Part shown: positions 9,814-19,460 of the stretch, piece after piece | Numbering within the stretch: the first letter of the stretch is position 1 | How the letters are laid out: every line of letters begins with the position of its first letter | Source: an uncultured bacterium | Lineage (GTDB): Bacteria > Bacillota > Clostridia > Lachnospirales > Lachnospiraceae | Assembly: GCA_947565325.1 (NCBI GenBank) | Contig: CANOFQ010000001.1 | Location: 1 to 45,346 of the forward strand | DNA: 45,346 nt | Direction of reading: 5' to 3' | Program-made: the position numbers and the translations under genes | Notes under the pieces: generated by a model | Database searches by the model: none | What the model was told of the DNA's origin: nothing | The model's input: only the letters and a program-made list of their open reading frames with translations

Positions 9814-10314
9814 CTATTTGCCGTTTCCTGATACCTTGCGCATATAATCGCTGCTCTTGCCGTCATAGGTGACGATCTGTCCTTCTTCGGCATAGACCAT
9901 CCCCAGCTCCCCCATGGCCACTCTCCTGATCTCCTCCAGGTCGATGCTGCTGATGATCCTATTATAGTCTTCATCGTTGGAAAGCCTTATCTGGTTCAGC
10001 TCGCTCTCCCTGCGGGCCACCGTCTTGGTCAGGGCGGTCAGCTCCGACTGCAGCTGGATATAGTTCACCAGTATCCAGCCGCAGGCCAACAAGGCCGCCG
10101 CCAGAAACAGCACATACCCGGCGCTCATATGTCTTGCTCTCTCCCGGTTCTTCCGCACCTTCGGATCGGGCCTGCGCATGGGCGCCTCCTCCCATCCGAA
10201 GTCCACCTTCCGCACAGTGTTCCCGTAGATATATTCCGCCTGTCTCCTCCCCTTTGCGTCCCTTCTATTTTTATCATATGCAGCCTGCTGATAGTTCCTT
10301 CTATTCTGGCTCAT
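9814..10314 (-). CDS. ftsL: Cell division protein FtsL-like
   Basis: YIYGNTVRK, one TM, coiled coil, [11 protein letters not shown]; lies between rsmH and the PBP gene. Confidence 0.75.
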   Translation of the reverse strand: MSQNRRNYQQAAYDKNRRDAKGRRQAEYIYGNTVRKVDFGWEEAPMRRPDPKVRKNRERARHMSAGYVLFLAAALLACGWILVNYIQLQSELTALTKTVARRESELNQIRLSNDEDYNRIISSIDLEEIRRVAMGELGMVYAEEGQIVTYDGKSSDYMRKVSGNGK

Positions 10315-11287
10315 AAATCTTCCCGCTTTCTAAATTTTTGTCCGTCTTCTCAAATACCCGGAGCTTTGCGCTTCTGGAGCGTCCGTTCTCCTCAAGCTCC
10401 CTCTCTCCCGCCACGATGGGCTTCCTGGTCACCACTGTCCCTCTGGACACTTTCCCGCACACACATAAGGGAAACTCCGGCGGGCAGGTGCAGGGAGACT
10501 CATTGCGCCTGAAAGCATTCTTTACAATTCTGTCCTCAAGCGAATGAAAGGTAATCACACATAATCGTCCCCCGGGCTTCAGTATATCGATAAAATCATC
10601 CAGAGAGCTCTCCAGGACCTCCAGCTCCCCGTTGCACTCGATGCGCAGCGCCTGAAAGGTCTGTCTGGAGGGATGGCCCTCCCGCCGCATCTTTGCGGGA
10701 ATCGCCTCCCGGATGATCTCGTTCAGCTCAAATGTAGTTTCCACCGGCTTAGATGCCCTTTTCCTCACGATGTTCCCTGCGATATTCTTGGCAAAGCGCT
10801 CCTCCCCGTAATCTCTGATGATGCGGTACAGCTCGCTCTCCGAATAGCTGTTCACGATTTCTCCTGCCGTAAGCTCCTGCCTTCGGTCCATGCGCATGTC
10901 AAGAGGTGCGTCGAAACGGTAGGAGAACCCCCTCTCCCCACAGTCGAACTGGTGGGAGGACACCCCCAGATCCAGCAGGATTCCGTCTGCTCCGCTCACA
11001 CCCTCTTCTCTGAGAACCGCCTTCATGTTTCTGTAATTGTCCCGGATGACAGTCACTCTGTCCTTGAACGGCGCCAGTCTCTCACAAGCGGCCGCAATGG
11101 CATTGTCGTCCTGATCGATCCCGTACAGATGTCCGGTGGTAAGTCTTCTGCACACCTCTAAGGCATGTCCTCCCCCTCCCAGCGTACCGTCCACATAGAT
11201 GCCCTCCGGCTTCACCGCAAGCTCCCTGACAGTCTCTGCAAGAAGCACGGAATAATGCGAAAAGTCCACGGACATTCTTTCTTCCAT
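10301..11287 (-). CDS. rsmH: 16S rRNA m4C1402 methyltransferase
   Basis: [65 protein letters not shown]. Start moved to ATG 11287. Confidence 0.96.
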   Translation of the reverse strand: MEERMSVDFSHYSVLLAETVRELAVKPEGIYVDGTLGGGGHALEVCRRLTTGHLYGIDQDDNAIAAACERLAPFKDRVTVIRDNYRNMKAVLREEGVSGADGILLDLGVSSHQFDCGERGFSYRFDAPLDMRMDRRQELTAGEIVNSYSESELYRIIRDYGEERFAKNIAGNIVRKRASKPVETTFELNEIIREAIPAKMRREGHPSRQTFQALRIECNGELEVLESSLDDFIDILKPGGRLCVITFHSLEDRIVKNAFRRNESPCTCPPEFPLCVCGKVSRGTVVTRKPIVAGERELEENGRSRSAKLRVFEKTDKNLESGKIYEPE

Positions 11288-11307
11288 TTTATCCCTGCCC
11301 TCCTGCT

Positions 11308-11739
11308 CTAAATTGTCAGCCCCAGATTCACCATGCCCTGAGAGATCTTGTTGATGTCCAGCTGCGAGTTCTTCTCGTTCCACCGGTCAAGGCTCCATAC
11401 CTCGATCCGTTTCCCTGTCCCGGCCAGAACCACGTCCTTCTCCAGACCGGCAAATTCCCTCAGATCCTGAGGAACCAGAATGCGCCCCTGCTTGTCCACA
11501 GTCACATACTGCGCCCCGGACAAGAAAAACCTCGCAAACTGTCTTGCCTCCTCGTTTATCAGCGGCAGTGATGCAAGCCTGGCTTCGAAATCCCCCCACG
11601 CCTCATTGGCGTACACGAACAGACAGCCGTCCATCCCCTTGGATACCACAAATTCATCTCCCAGAACCTCGCGGTATTTTGACGGAATGCTCAGCCTGCC
11701 CTTGGGGTCTATCGTATGGTTGTACCTGCCCATGAACAC
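11308..11739 (-). CDS. mraZ: Transcriptional regulator MraZ
   Basis: [18 protein letters not shown] and [10 protein letters not shown] (two AbrB/MraZ repeats). GTG start at 11739 gives 143 aa. Confidence 0.96.
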   Translation of the reverse strand: MFMGRYNHTIDPKGRLSIPSKYREVLGDEFVVSKGMDGCLFVYANEAWGDFEARLASLPLINEEARQFARFFLSGAQYVTVDKQGRILVPQDLREFAGLEKDVVLAGTGKRIEVWSLDRWNEKNSQLDINKISQGMVNLGLTI

Positions 11740-11840
11740 CGCGATCACCACCTGTCACCAGCGGAACCGTCATGGCATCTGTCTGTGCCTGGTTCTCCGG
11801 CAGCACAAGACTGTTTTCGGCAGCCCTTTCATGGGAATTC

Positions 11841-11880
11841 ATCCCACTTTTTGGCCTTTCATGCCATGTTCATCCCACTT
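11841..11880 (-). promoter_or_regulatory. Candidate MraZ operator (GTGGG boxes)
   Basis: Two copies of minus-strand AAGTGGGAT, 31 bp apart, immediately downstream of the predicted -10. MraZ is known to bind phased GTGG(G/A) repeats in its own promoter. Confidence 0.55.
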
Positions 11881-11888
11881 CTTAACAA

Positions 11889-11917
11889 ATTTTAATATAT
11901 CTTCCTGAATTTAGCAA
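11889..11917 (-). promoter_or_regulatory. sigmaA-type promoter of the dcw operon
   Basis: Minus strand TTGCTA-17 nt-TAAAAT. Confidence 0.65.
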
Positions 11918-11940
11918 TCAGAACTTTTGTGCGATAGGCT

Positions 11941-11981
11941 AAAAAAAGCATCCCATGAGCCTCTCATGGAATGCTTTTTTT
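11941..11981 (-). terminator. Rho-independent terminator, possibly bidirectional, downstream of lgt
   Basis: AAAAAAAGCATCCCATGAG-cct-CTCATGGAATGCTTTTTTT. The single mismatch is a G-U pair on the minus strand, and both orientations end in 7 U. Confidence 0.8.
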
Positions 11982-11989
11982 GAATTGAC

Positions 11990-12036
11990 ATACTATATAT
12001 TGTGCCCCGAAAAAAATCAGGTGCCAAATCTGCCGT
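11990..12036. promoter_or_regulatory. NrdR-box-like palindrome (11990-12005) with a weaker second box 31 bp away (12021-12036)
   Basis: ATACTATATATTGTGC matches acaCwAtATaTwGtgt at 14/16 positions. GTGCCAAATCTGCCGT keeps the C-A-AT-T core but lacks the conserved G. Confidence 0.45.
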
Positions 12037-12086
12037 CTCTATTCCCCCCGACTTTTTTTGACTGCGGAACTTTGTCTCTCAGCTTT

Positions 12087-12956
12087 TTATGCCTTCCGAG
12101 ATGCTTTGGCCTTCAGCCTCGCCCTTATTATGACCTCCGCTCCCAGGGCACCGATCACCATCAGCAGTGCGAGAACCTGAGACACCGGCACCGTAGTCCC
12201 GGGAATGAACAGCGTGTCCGTGCGGATGCCCTCGATGACGAACCTGCCCAGTCCGTAGCCCCCCAGATACAGCAGGCACAGCTCCCCGTGAAATTTTTTA
12301 TGCTTTCTCAACAGCAGCAAAGCAGCGAAGACCAGCAGGTTCCAGACGCTCTCATACAGAAAAGTGGGATGCACATTGATATAATTGGCACCCTCCGGAA
12401 TATGGGCGGCAATATTGTCGGAAATGTCCCTGGCACGGACGTCGCTTACGGGAAGCTGCATGGAAAAAAGGCCGTCATAATACTCCCCGAAGACCTCCCT
12501 GTTCATGAAATTACCCCACCGGCCGATGGCCTGACCCAGAATCAGTCCCGGCATGGCGGTATCGCCCATCAAGAACGCATTCTGCTTTTTGATCCTGCAG
12601 TAGATGAACAAGGTCAGGAACGCCGCTATCACACCGCCGTAAATCGCAAGCCCTCCGTTCCGGAGCCTGAATATGCCGAGCAGATCATCTTTATAATAGT
12701 CCCATGCGAACACCACATAATAGATCCTTGCCCCTATGATGGAAAAAATCACCGCATAGATGGCAAAATCCCAGTATATCTCCGGGTTCTGCCCCGTAAC
12801 CTTAGCCATATGAACCGCCAGCAGCAGGCCCGCCAGCACTCCCACCCCTATGATCAGCCCATAAAAAGCGATGTCGAACCCGAACACGCTGAAGGCTCTG
12901 GGCACATCCCTCAGATAGATACCTAAATTGGGAAAAGCTATCTCCCCAGCATTCAT
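12087..12956 (-). CDS. lgt: Prolipoprotein diacylglyceryl transferase
   Basis: IAFYGL, GARIYYV, GGLAIYGG, GQAIGRWGNFMNRE, HPTFLYES, GRFVIEGIR. Start moved to ATG 12956 (AAGGAGG upstream). Confidence 0.95.
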   Translation of the reverse strand: MNAGEIAFPNLGIYLRDVPRAFSVFGFDIAFYGLIIGVGVLAGLLLAVHMAKVTGQNPEIYWDFAIYAVIFSIIGARIYYVVFAWDYYKDDLLGIFRLRNGGLAIYGGVIAAFLTLFIYCRIKKQNAFLMGDTAMPGLILGQAIGRWGNFMNREVFGEYYDGLFSMQLPVSDVRARDISDNIAAHIPEGANYINVHPTFLYESVWNLLVFAALLLLRKHKKFHGELCLLYLGGYGLGRFVIEGIRTDTLFIPGTTVPVSQVLALLMVIGALGAEVIIRARLKAKASRKA

Positions 12957-12969
12957 AAAAGCCTCCTTG

Positions 12970-13042
12970 AACATTCCTCATTTCGTGGATGTTCCCTATT
13001 TCATACATATTCCTTGTCCATGCATATTCCTTGTTCCCCATG
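12970..13042. repeat. Degenerate tandem array, 4 units of 17-20 bp
   Basis: aacattcctcatttcgtg / gatgttccctatttcata / catattccttgtccatg / catattccttgttccccatg fill the ychF-lgt spacer. Confidence 0.6.
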
Positions 13043-13044
13043 CC

Positions 13045-14142
13045 CTACACGTTGAACCGGAACAAGATCACATCTCCATCCTTGACTATGTAATCTTTCC
13101 CTTCCATGCCTACCAGCCCCTTCTCCCGGGCCGCCGCCAGCGAGCCCTGCTCCAGCAGATCCTTGTAGTTTACAACCTCCGCCTTGATAAAGCCCCTCTC
13201 GAAATCAGAGTGTATCTTTCCTGCCGCCTGAGGCGCTTTCGTGCCGATCCTGATCGTCCAGGCTCTGGTCTCGTCCTCCCCGGCAGTCAGAAAGCTCATC
13301 AGCCCCAGAATGCGGTAGCTTGCCTTGATCAGCTTCTCCAGACCGGACTGGGCTATTCCCAGATCCTCCAGAAACATAGCCCTTTCCTCATCCTCCAGCT
13401 CAGCGATCTCCTGCTCGATCTGGGCACAGATCACAAATGCTTCGCTGTTCTCTCCCGCTGCGAATTCCCGCACCTTGGCCGCCATGGAATTGGAGGCACC
13501 GTCATCCGCAAGATCCTCCTCGGCCACGTTTGCGGCATAGATCACCGGCTTGCCCGTCAGCAGATTGAACTCCCGCATCAGCGCCTGCTCCTCCTCCCCC
13601 TCAGGCTCCAATGTCTTTGCAGGCCTTCCGCTCTCCAGATGCTCCTTCAGGCGCTCCAGAAGCGAAAGCTCCCCTGCACAGGTCTTGTCCATTCTGGCCG
13701 TCTTGGCCACCTTGGCGATTCGTCTCTCCAATACCTCCAGATCCGAAAAGATCAGCTCCAGATTGATTGTCTCAATATCCCGCAGGGGGTTCACGCTGCC
13801 GTCCACATGAACGACATTCGCATCTTCGAAGCATCTCACCACATGGACGATGGCATCCACCTCCCGGATGTTGCTCAAAAACTGGTTGCCCAGCCCCTCG
13901 CCCTTGGAGGCTCCCTTCACAAGCCCTGCGATGTCCACAAACTCGATCACAGCCGGAGTCACCTTCTTCGACTGGTACATGTCCCCCAAGAGCTTGAGCC
14001 TCTCATCCGGCACCGCCACGATGCCCACGTTGGGGTCTATGGTACAGAACGGGTAATTTGCCGATTCCGCCCCGGCTTTTGTCAGCGAGTTGAACAGTGT
14101 ACTTTTTCCTACGTTGGGTAAACCTACGATGCCTAATTTCAT
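13045..14142 (-). CDS. ychF: Redox-regulated ATPase YchF
   Basis: GIVGLPNVGKSTLFN, ANYPFCTIDPN, DIAGLVKGASKGEGLGNQFL, AGKIHSDFERGFI, EGKDYIVKDGD. Confidence 0.98.
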   Translation of the reverse strand: MKLGIVGLPNVGKSTLFNSLTKAGAESANYPFCTIDPNVGIVAVPDERLKLLGDMYQSKKVTPAVIEFVDIAGLVKGASKGEGLGNQFLSNIREVDAIVHVVRCFEDANVVHVDGSVNPLRDIETINLELIFSDLEVLERRIAKVAKTARMDKTCAGELSLLERLKEHLESGRPAKTLEPEGEEEQALMREFNLLTGKPVIYAANVAEEDLADDGASNSMAAKVREFAAGENSEAFVICAQIEQEIAELEDEERAMFLEDLGIAQSGLEKLIKASYRILGLMSFLTAGEDETRAWTIRIGTKAPQAAGKIHSDFERGFIKAEVVNYKDLLEQGSLAAAREKGLVGMEGKDYIVKDGDVILFRFNV

Positions 14143-14238
14143 TTTATCTTAATCTCCTTTGAAGTTACATATATTTTATAGGCTTTTGCCTCTCATGGTT
14201 TTGGTTACATATGACACAGTGCGAGTATGTGCCTTCAT

Positions 14239-15162
14239 TTATCCTCTGCCTCGCCAATCGGCCGGCCTTTTCCAGCCCTGACCGCTCTCCCTGAGTCTCA
14301 TCTCCTCATAGAAAAGCCGGTAATTTGCATATCTCATTTTGCTTATGCTTCCTGCTTCAACCGCCTGCTTCACGCCGCAGCCCGGCTCCTCCATATGGGC
14401 GCAGTCTGCGAACCGGCACAGTTCCTTTGGTCCGGCAAACTCCGGGAAACAGCCCGCCAGCTCTTCCCTCTTCAGACAGAACAGATCCAGAGAGCTGAAT
14501 CCCGGCGTGTCCAGAATAAAGGCATCCTCCCCCGCTGCGATCAGCTCGGTATGCCTTGTGGTATGTTTTCCCCGCTCTATTTTCGCACTGAGCTCCCCTG
14601 TCTTCATCACCGTCGTCGACTGAAGGCAATTGACGACGGAAGATTTTCCGACACCGCTGGGGCCTGCCGCCACTGTGGTCTTCCCCGCCAGGAGGGCCTT
14701 GAGCTCCTCCATCCCATCCCCCAGCAGGGCGCTGACCGTCAGAGTCCTATACCCGCAGGCCTCATAGATCCGCCTGTATTCCTTTCCTTCACCCGACAGA
14801 TCCAGATCCGCCTTGTTGAAACAGATGATGCTCCGGAGCCCCTGCTGCCCCATCATGATCAGGAAACGGTCCAAAAGGTTGAAATTCGGTGCCGGCGCCC
14901 TGACCGCAAAAATCACCAGCGCCTGATCCACATTGGCTACCGCAGGCCGTACCAGCTCGCTGTGCCTTGGCAGCAGCTCCCTTATGTTGCCCAGCAGCTT
15001 TTCGGCATCCAGCACATCCAGCTCCACCTCGTCCCCCACCAGCGGCTTTCTGCCGTCTCTGCGGAACACCCCCTTGGCCCTGCATTCATAGACGGCGCAA
15101 TTTTCCTCCGAAACACACACGTAATAAAATCCTGCGATCCCTCTGATTATCCTTCCCCTCAT
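14239..15162 (-). CDS. rsgA: Ribosome small subunit-dependent GTPase A
   Basis: CRAKGVFR, RPAVANVD, NKAD, GPSGVGKSS, RGKHTTRH, DTPGF, CRFADCAHMEEPGC Zn site. Confidence 0.96.
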   Translation of the reverse strand: MRGRIIRGIAGFYYVCVSEENCAVYECRAKGVFRRDGRKPLVGDEVELDVLDAEKLLGNIRELLPRHSELVRPAVANVDQALVIFAVRAPAPNFNLLDRFLIMMGQQGLRSIICFNKADLDLSGEGKEYRRIYEACGYRTLTVSALLGDGMEELKALLAGKTTVAAGPSGVGKSSVVNCLQSTTVMKTGELSAKIERGKHTTRHTELIAAGEDAFILDTPGFSSLDLFCLKREELAGCFPEFAGPKELCRFADCAHMEEPGCGVKQAVEAGSISKMRYANYRLFYEEMRLRESGQGWKRPADWRGRG

Positions 15163-15264
15163 GCTCCTCCCACCGCCCGTTGCGCTCCTTGCCGCCGCAC
15201 CGCCCGCCTATGCCGCCGGTAGCGCATACGTTACCGGCGTTGCTTACCCTGCCTGCAGCGTATA

Positions 15265-17454
15265 TTATTCCTCCGTGAATTCGACCCTTCTGGTAAACGA
15301 CCGGCTCTCCGTGACCCCCGGTGTCGTGATGGTCTCTCCCGTCACCGGATCCGTGACGGTGCCTCCCTGCACGGTCACGTTATAAGTCATGGTAACGGTA
15401 CCTCCGGAGGCTGTCAGCCCGGAATAGTTCGCCGCCTGCGGGAAGCTGGTGATCCTCGTGTCCAGAAGCACCTGTCCGCTGTCCGTCACCAGCAGCACCG
15501 CCACCTCCGTGCCAGTGGTATAGTCCGGGGCCTCCTCTACGGTAGGCGCTGTTATGCTGGTGTTGCAACGGTAGGTCTTAGCCTCCGGCGTAGGCTCCGG
15601 CCCCTTGCTGACCCGGATCTCTATCACCGTGCCGGGCGCCACATAAGAACCGTAGGAATAGCTCTGATAGCATATCTCACCGGCCCCATAGCCGGAATCG
15701 AACACATATCCTATACTTTCGCTGATCTGCAGCCCCGCCTCGATGGCCTCGATGGTTCCCTCTTCCTCCGTCTTCCCCACCAGCATGGGTACCATCACTT
15801 TTCCCTTTCCCGTGCTTACAACAACCGTGACATTCTGGCCTTCGGGCACCTTGTTCCCAGCCTCCGGGACCTGAGAGATCACCTGCCCCTCCGGCACTTC
15901 CTCAGAGCTTTCCTCTTCCTTTCTCACCACAAAGCCAAGGCTGGTCAGCGCACCGTGGGCATCCTCGTAGGAATCCCCCACCACACTGCGCACCTCTATG
16001 CCTCTGGGGCCGGAGCCTGCGGTCAGGATCACCTTGCCTCCCACCGCAACATCAGCGCCCTCCTCCACATCTGCCTCTATGACCTTTCCCGATTTGTCCT
16101 CCTCGGACTCCTGATAGGTTACCTCCGAATCTATTCCCAGACCGAACAGCAGGTTTCTGGCCTCCTCCACGCTCTTGCCCTTCACTCCCGGCATCTTCAC
16201 ATATTTTATCTCCGGTGCGCCGGAATCTCCCTCCCCGGAAGGATCCTCGGTGACGATAGGGCCTGCGGAGCTTCCGCCCTCCCCCTCGCTGCGGCTCCCG
16301 AACACTCTCACCACTAAAACGATCAGGATCAGGCAGATTATGGCGCCGGGAATCAAGGTCAGCAAGGTAGCCATACGCTCTGCCCTGGGATTATAATCAT
16401 AATCGTCCCCGTCCTCCTCCCCCTCTTCCGCATATTCTTCATATGAGGCTTCCTCCTCTGATTCTTCACGGGAAGCTTCCTCCTCATATCGGTAATTTTC
16501 CTCCTCATACTCATAATATTCTTCCTGCGGGGGCTGATAGGCAGTCCTTCTCTTGATCTCCTCCCGCTCGCTGTCGGTGATGGGCCGGGTGCCCCCGGAC
16601 ATATCAGGATCGTTTTTTACCGCAATATCTTCATCGGGGTTCATCAGAGACTGTTTCAGATCTGCAATGAGCTCCTGCATGTTCTGGTACCTGCGGTCAG
16701 GAGATTTCTCACAGCATTTCATCACGATGCCTTCCACGCTGCCGGGTATCTCCGGCACAAACTCTCTGGGGGAGGGCAGCTCCTCCTGAATATGCTTGAT
16801 GGCGATGGCCACGGTGGTCTCCCCGTTGAAGGGGACCCTGCCCGTAAGCATCTCGAACATGGTGATACCCAGCGAATAGATATCGCTCTTCTCGTCGCTG
16901 TAGCCGCCTCTGGCCTGCTCGGGAGAGGTATAATGGACGGAACCCATCACATTGGAGGTGATGGTGTTGCTGGTGGCGGCCTTCGCAATGCCGAAATCCG
17001 TCACCTTCACCTTCCCGTCTCTGGATATGATGATGTTCTGGGGCTTGATGTCTCTGTGTATGATATGGTTATTGTGGGCCAGCTCGATTCCCATGCTGAC
17101 CTGTATCGCTATGCTGACCGCCTCCTTGAAGGACAGCCTCGCCTTTTTTTCGATATATTTCTTCAGGGTGATGCCCTCTACCAGCTCCATGACAATATAG
17201 TAAATGCCGTCTTCCTCGCCCACGTCATAGACATTGACGATATTAGGATGCATGAGTCCTGCGGTAGCCTGGGCCTCCGTGCGGAACTTTGAGACAAAAT
17301 TGGCGTTTTCGCTGAATTCCTGCTTCAGCACCTTCACTGCCACGAAACGGTTCAGCTTATGGCACTTCGCCTTATAGACATCCGCCATGCCGCCGGTGCC
17401 GATCTTTTCCAGTATCTCATACCGGTCACCTATCATCATTCCAATCTTTATCAT
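15265..17454 (-). CDS. prkC: PASTA-domain Ser/Thr protein kinase (PrkC/PknB/Stk1)
   Basis: IGTGGMADVY, VAVK, HRDIKPQN, VTDFGIA, GSVHYTSPEQARG, a TM helix and about 3 PASTA repeats. Start moved to ATG 17454. Confidence 0.95.
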   Translation of the reverse strand: MIKIGMMIGDRYEILEKIGTGGMADVYKAKCHKLNRFVAVKVLKQEFSENANFVSKFRTEAQATAGLMHPNIVNVYDVGEEDGIYYIVMELVEGITLKKYIEKKARLSFKEAVSIAIQVSMGIELAHNNHIIHRDIKPQNIIISRDGKVKVTDFGIAKAATSNTITSNVMGSVHYTSPEQARGGYSDEKSDIYSLGITMFEMLTGRVPFNGETTVAIAIKHIQEELPSPREFVPEIPGSVEGIVMKCCEKSPDRRYQNMQELIADLKQSLMNPDEDIAVKNDPDMSGGTRPITDSEREEIKRRTAYQPPQEEYYEYEEENYRYEEEASREESEEEASYEEYAEEGEEDGDDYDYNPRAERMATLLTLIPGAIICLILIVLVVRVFGSRSEGEGGSSAGPIVTEDPSGEGDSGAPEIKYVKMPGVKGKSVEEARNLLFGLGIDSEVTYQESEEDKSGKVIEADVEEGADVAVGGKVILTAGSGPRGIEVRSVVGDSYEDAHGALTSLGFVVRKEEESSEEVPEGQVISQVPEAGNKVPEGQNVTVVVSTGKGKVMVPMLVGKTEEEGTIEAIEAGLQISESIGYVFDSGYGAGEICYQSYSYGSYVAPGTVIEIRVSKGPEPTPEAKTYRCNTSITAPTVEEAPDYTTGTEVAVLLVTDSGQVLLDTRITSFPQAANYSGLTASGGTVTMTYNVTVQGGTVTDPVTGETITTPGVTESRSFTRRVEFTEE

Positions 17455-17476
17455 ATATGCTCTCCATTCTGACCAT

Positions 17477-18205
17477 TCAGATGAATTCAATCAAAACAAC
17501 ACTGATATTATCCTTGCCGCCGCGATCATTGGCGGCCTTCACAAGCCCCTGCGCCTTCTCGACGGTATCACGGGCTCCGCCCAGTATCATCCGGATTTCT
17601 TCGTCTTCCAGCATATTGGTGAGACCGTCCGTACACATCAGGACGATGTCACCCTCCTGAAGAAGCACCTGAAAGAAATCTATCTTTATCGTTTCCTCTG
17701 CACCCACTGCTCTGGTGATAATGTTTTTGTCAGGATGATTCCTTGCCTCCTCTTTTCCCATCCCGCCTCTGCGGACCATTTCTTCCACCCATGAATGGTC
17801 TCTGGTGATCTGGCGGATCTCCCGGCCGTTCACCACGTACAGCCGGCTGTCGCCCACATTGGCCACATAAAGCTCCCCGCCCATGCTGACTGCCGCCACC
17901 ACCGTGGTACCCATTCCCCGAAGCTCCGGCCGCTCCCCGGCCCTTTGACGGACTAAGGCATTGGCCGTCTGAACCGCCTCCTCCAGAATACGCACGGGAT
18001 TCGTCTCAGCCGACCGGGCGCTCTGCTCCACTATGGTCTCCACCGTAAGCCTGGACGCATAGTCTCCGGCATTATGGCCGCCCATGCCGTCTGCCACCAG
18101 AAACAGATTGGGCAGATTCCCCACCGGTCTTTCCGATGAATACACATAGTCCTGATTCACTCTTCTCTTTCTGCCTATATCGGTTATGGAAAAAGTCTTT
18201 AGCAA
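17477..18205 (-). CDS. stp: PP2C-type Ser/Thr phosphatase (Stp1/PrpC)
   Basis: TDIGRKRRVNQD, VADGMGGH, GMGTT, NVGDSR, TRDHS, CTDGL, GGKDNI. TTG start at 18205 after GGAGG. Confidence 0.93.
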   Translation of the reverse strand: MLKTFSITDIGRKRRVNQDYVYSSERPVGNLPNLFLVADGMGGHNAGDYASRLTVETIVEQSARSAETNPVRILEEAVQTANALVRQRAGERPELRGMGTTVVAAVSMGGELYVANVGDSRLYVVNGREIRQITRDHSWVEEMVRRGGMGKEEARNHPDKNIITRAVGAEETIKIDFFQVLLQEGDIVLMCTDGLTNMLEDEEIRMILGGARDTVEKAQGLVKAANDRGGKDNISVVLIEFI

Positions 18206-18250
18206 GTTTGTCTCCTCCAAGGGTTTCATGAAACAAGGCCCGCGGCATTC

Positions 18251-19288
18251 TCACACGCCGGTCGCCCCCCTGCGCAGCTGGCCGCAGGCTCCGTTGATGT
18301 CCCTGCCCATTTCCCTTCTAATAGTAACATTAATTTTGTTTTTTTCAAGTCCATTTTTAAAGGCCTTCACCCTGTCGGCCCCGGAAGGGGCGAACTCCCG
18401 CTCCTTCACCGGATTGATGGGAATCAGGTTCACATGTGCGCTCAGCTGCTTGGCAATCCGGACCAGACGCTCCAGATCCCTGTCCGAATCATTGATTCCG
18501 TCCATCATGCCGTACTCCAAGGTGATCCTTCTGCCCGTCCTGTCAAAATAATCCCGGCACACCTCTATGAGCTCAGGTATGGAATATCTCTTTGCCACGG
18601 GCATCAGGCTCTGGCGCAGAGTATCCGTGGTGGCATGCAGAGACAGGGCCAGCGTGATCTGCAGCTCCTCCTCTGCCAGCTTCCTGATATTGGGCACGAT
18701 GCCGCAGGTGGACACGGTCACGTTCCTCTGGCTGATATTCAGCCCGTTGGCATCCGTGAGCATCCTGATAAAGGTCAGGAGATTCTCATAATTGTCGAGA
18801 GGCTCTCCGATGCCCATGACCACCACATTGCTCACCCTCTCTCCGGTCAGCCGGGTGATGGCATAGACCTGATCCAGCATCTCCGAGGGCCGCAGGTTCC
18901 TCTCGAACCCTCCCAGCGTGGAGGCACAGAAACCGCAGCCCATCTTGCATCCCACCTGAGAAGAGATGCAGACACTGTTTCCATGCTTATACTTCATCCA
19001 GACGCTCTCCACCAGATTGCCGTCCGAGAGCTCAAACAGAAACTTCTTCGTGCCGTCTGTCTCGGATTCCAGCACCTGTACCGCCTGCAGGGCCGTATAG
19101 GTATACCACTCTCCACAGGACTCCCGCAGCGCCTTGGACAGATTCGTCATCTCATCGAAGCCTCTCGCCAGCTTCACATGCATCCACTCATACATCTGCT
19201 TTGCCCGAAAGCTCTTTTCTCCCTTTTCCTCCATCTCTGCGTAGAGCTCCTCCAGAGGCAGGGACTTGATATCGATTCTCTTTGCCAT
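18251..19288 (-). CDS. rlmN: 23S rRNA m2A2503 radical SAM methyltransferase
   Basis: CISSQVGCKMGCGFCAS, VMGIGEP, LALSLHA, VNLIP, DINGACGQL. Confidence 0.96.
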   Translation of the reverse strand: MAKRIDIKSLPLEELYAEMEEKGEKSFRAKQMYEWMHVKLARGFDEMTNLSKALRESCGEWYTYTALQAVQVLESETDGTKKFLFELSDGNLVESVWMKYKHGNSVCISSQVGCKMGCGFCASTLGGFERNLRPSEMLDQVYAITRLTGERVSNVVVMGIGEPLDNYENLLTFIRMLTDANGLNISQRNVTVSTCGIVPNIRKLAEEELQITLALSLHATTDTLRQSLMPVAKRYSIPELIEVCRDYFDRTGRRITLEYGMMDGINDSDRDLERLVRIAKQLSAHVNLIPINPVKEREFAPSGADRVKAFKNGLEKNKINVTIRREMGRDINGACGQLRRGATGV

Positions 19289-19334
19289 ATTGACTCCTTG
19301 TTCTCTTTCTGGGCGTTTCGCCCGCCTGATCTTA

Positions 19335-19415
19335 TGTTTTTACACTGCTTGTCTTTTGCACTGTCATGTTTCTATTTTGCCTGATTTTCCTATGTGCCTG
19401 GCTTTTCTTGTGCCC
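19335..19415. repeat. Highly degenerate tandem array, about 5 units of 15-17 bp
   Basis: tgtttttacactgct / tgtcttttgcactgtca / tgtttctattttgcc / tgattttcctatgtgcc / tggcttttcttgtgccc in the rsmB-rlmN spacer. Confidence 0.4.
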
Positions 19416-19460
19416 CTGCCGGTCCTGCGCTTTTACCCCAGATGCGCCTTCCGCCGCAGC

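Noticed and set aside
14164-14212. gttacatat repeated 40 bp apart upstream of ychF
   Set aside because: Only 9 bp in an AT-rich spacer with no other support, so it could be chance.
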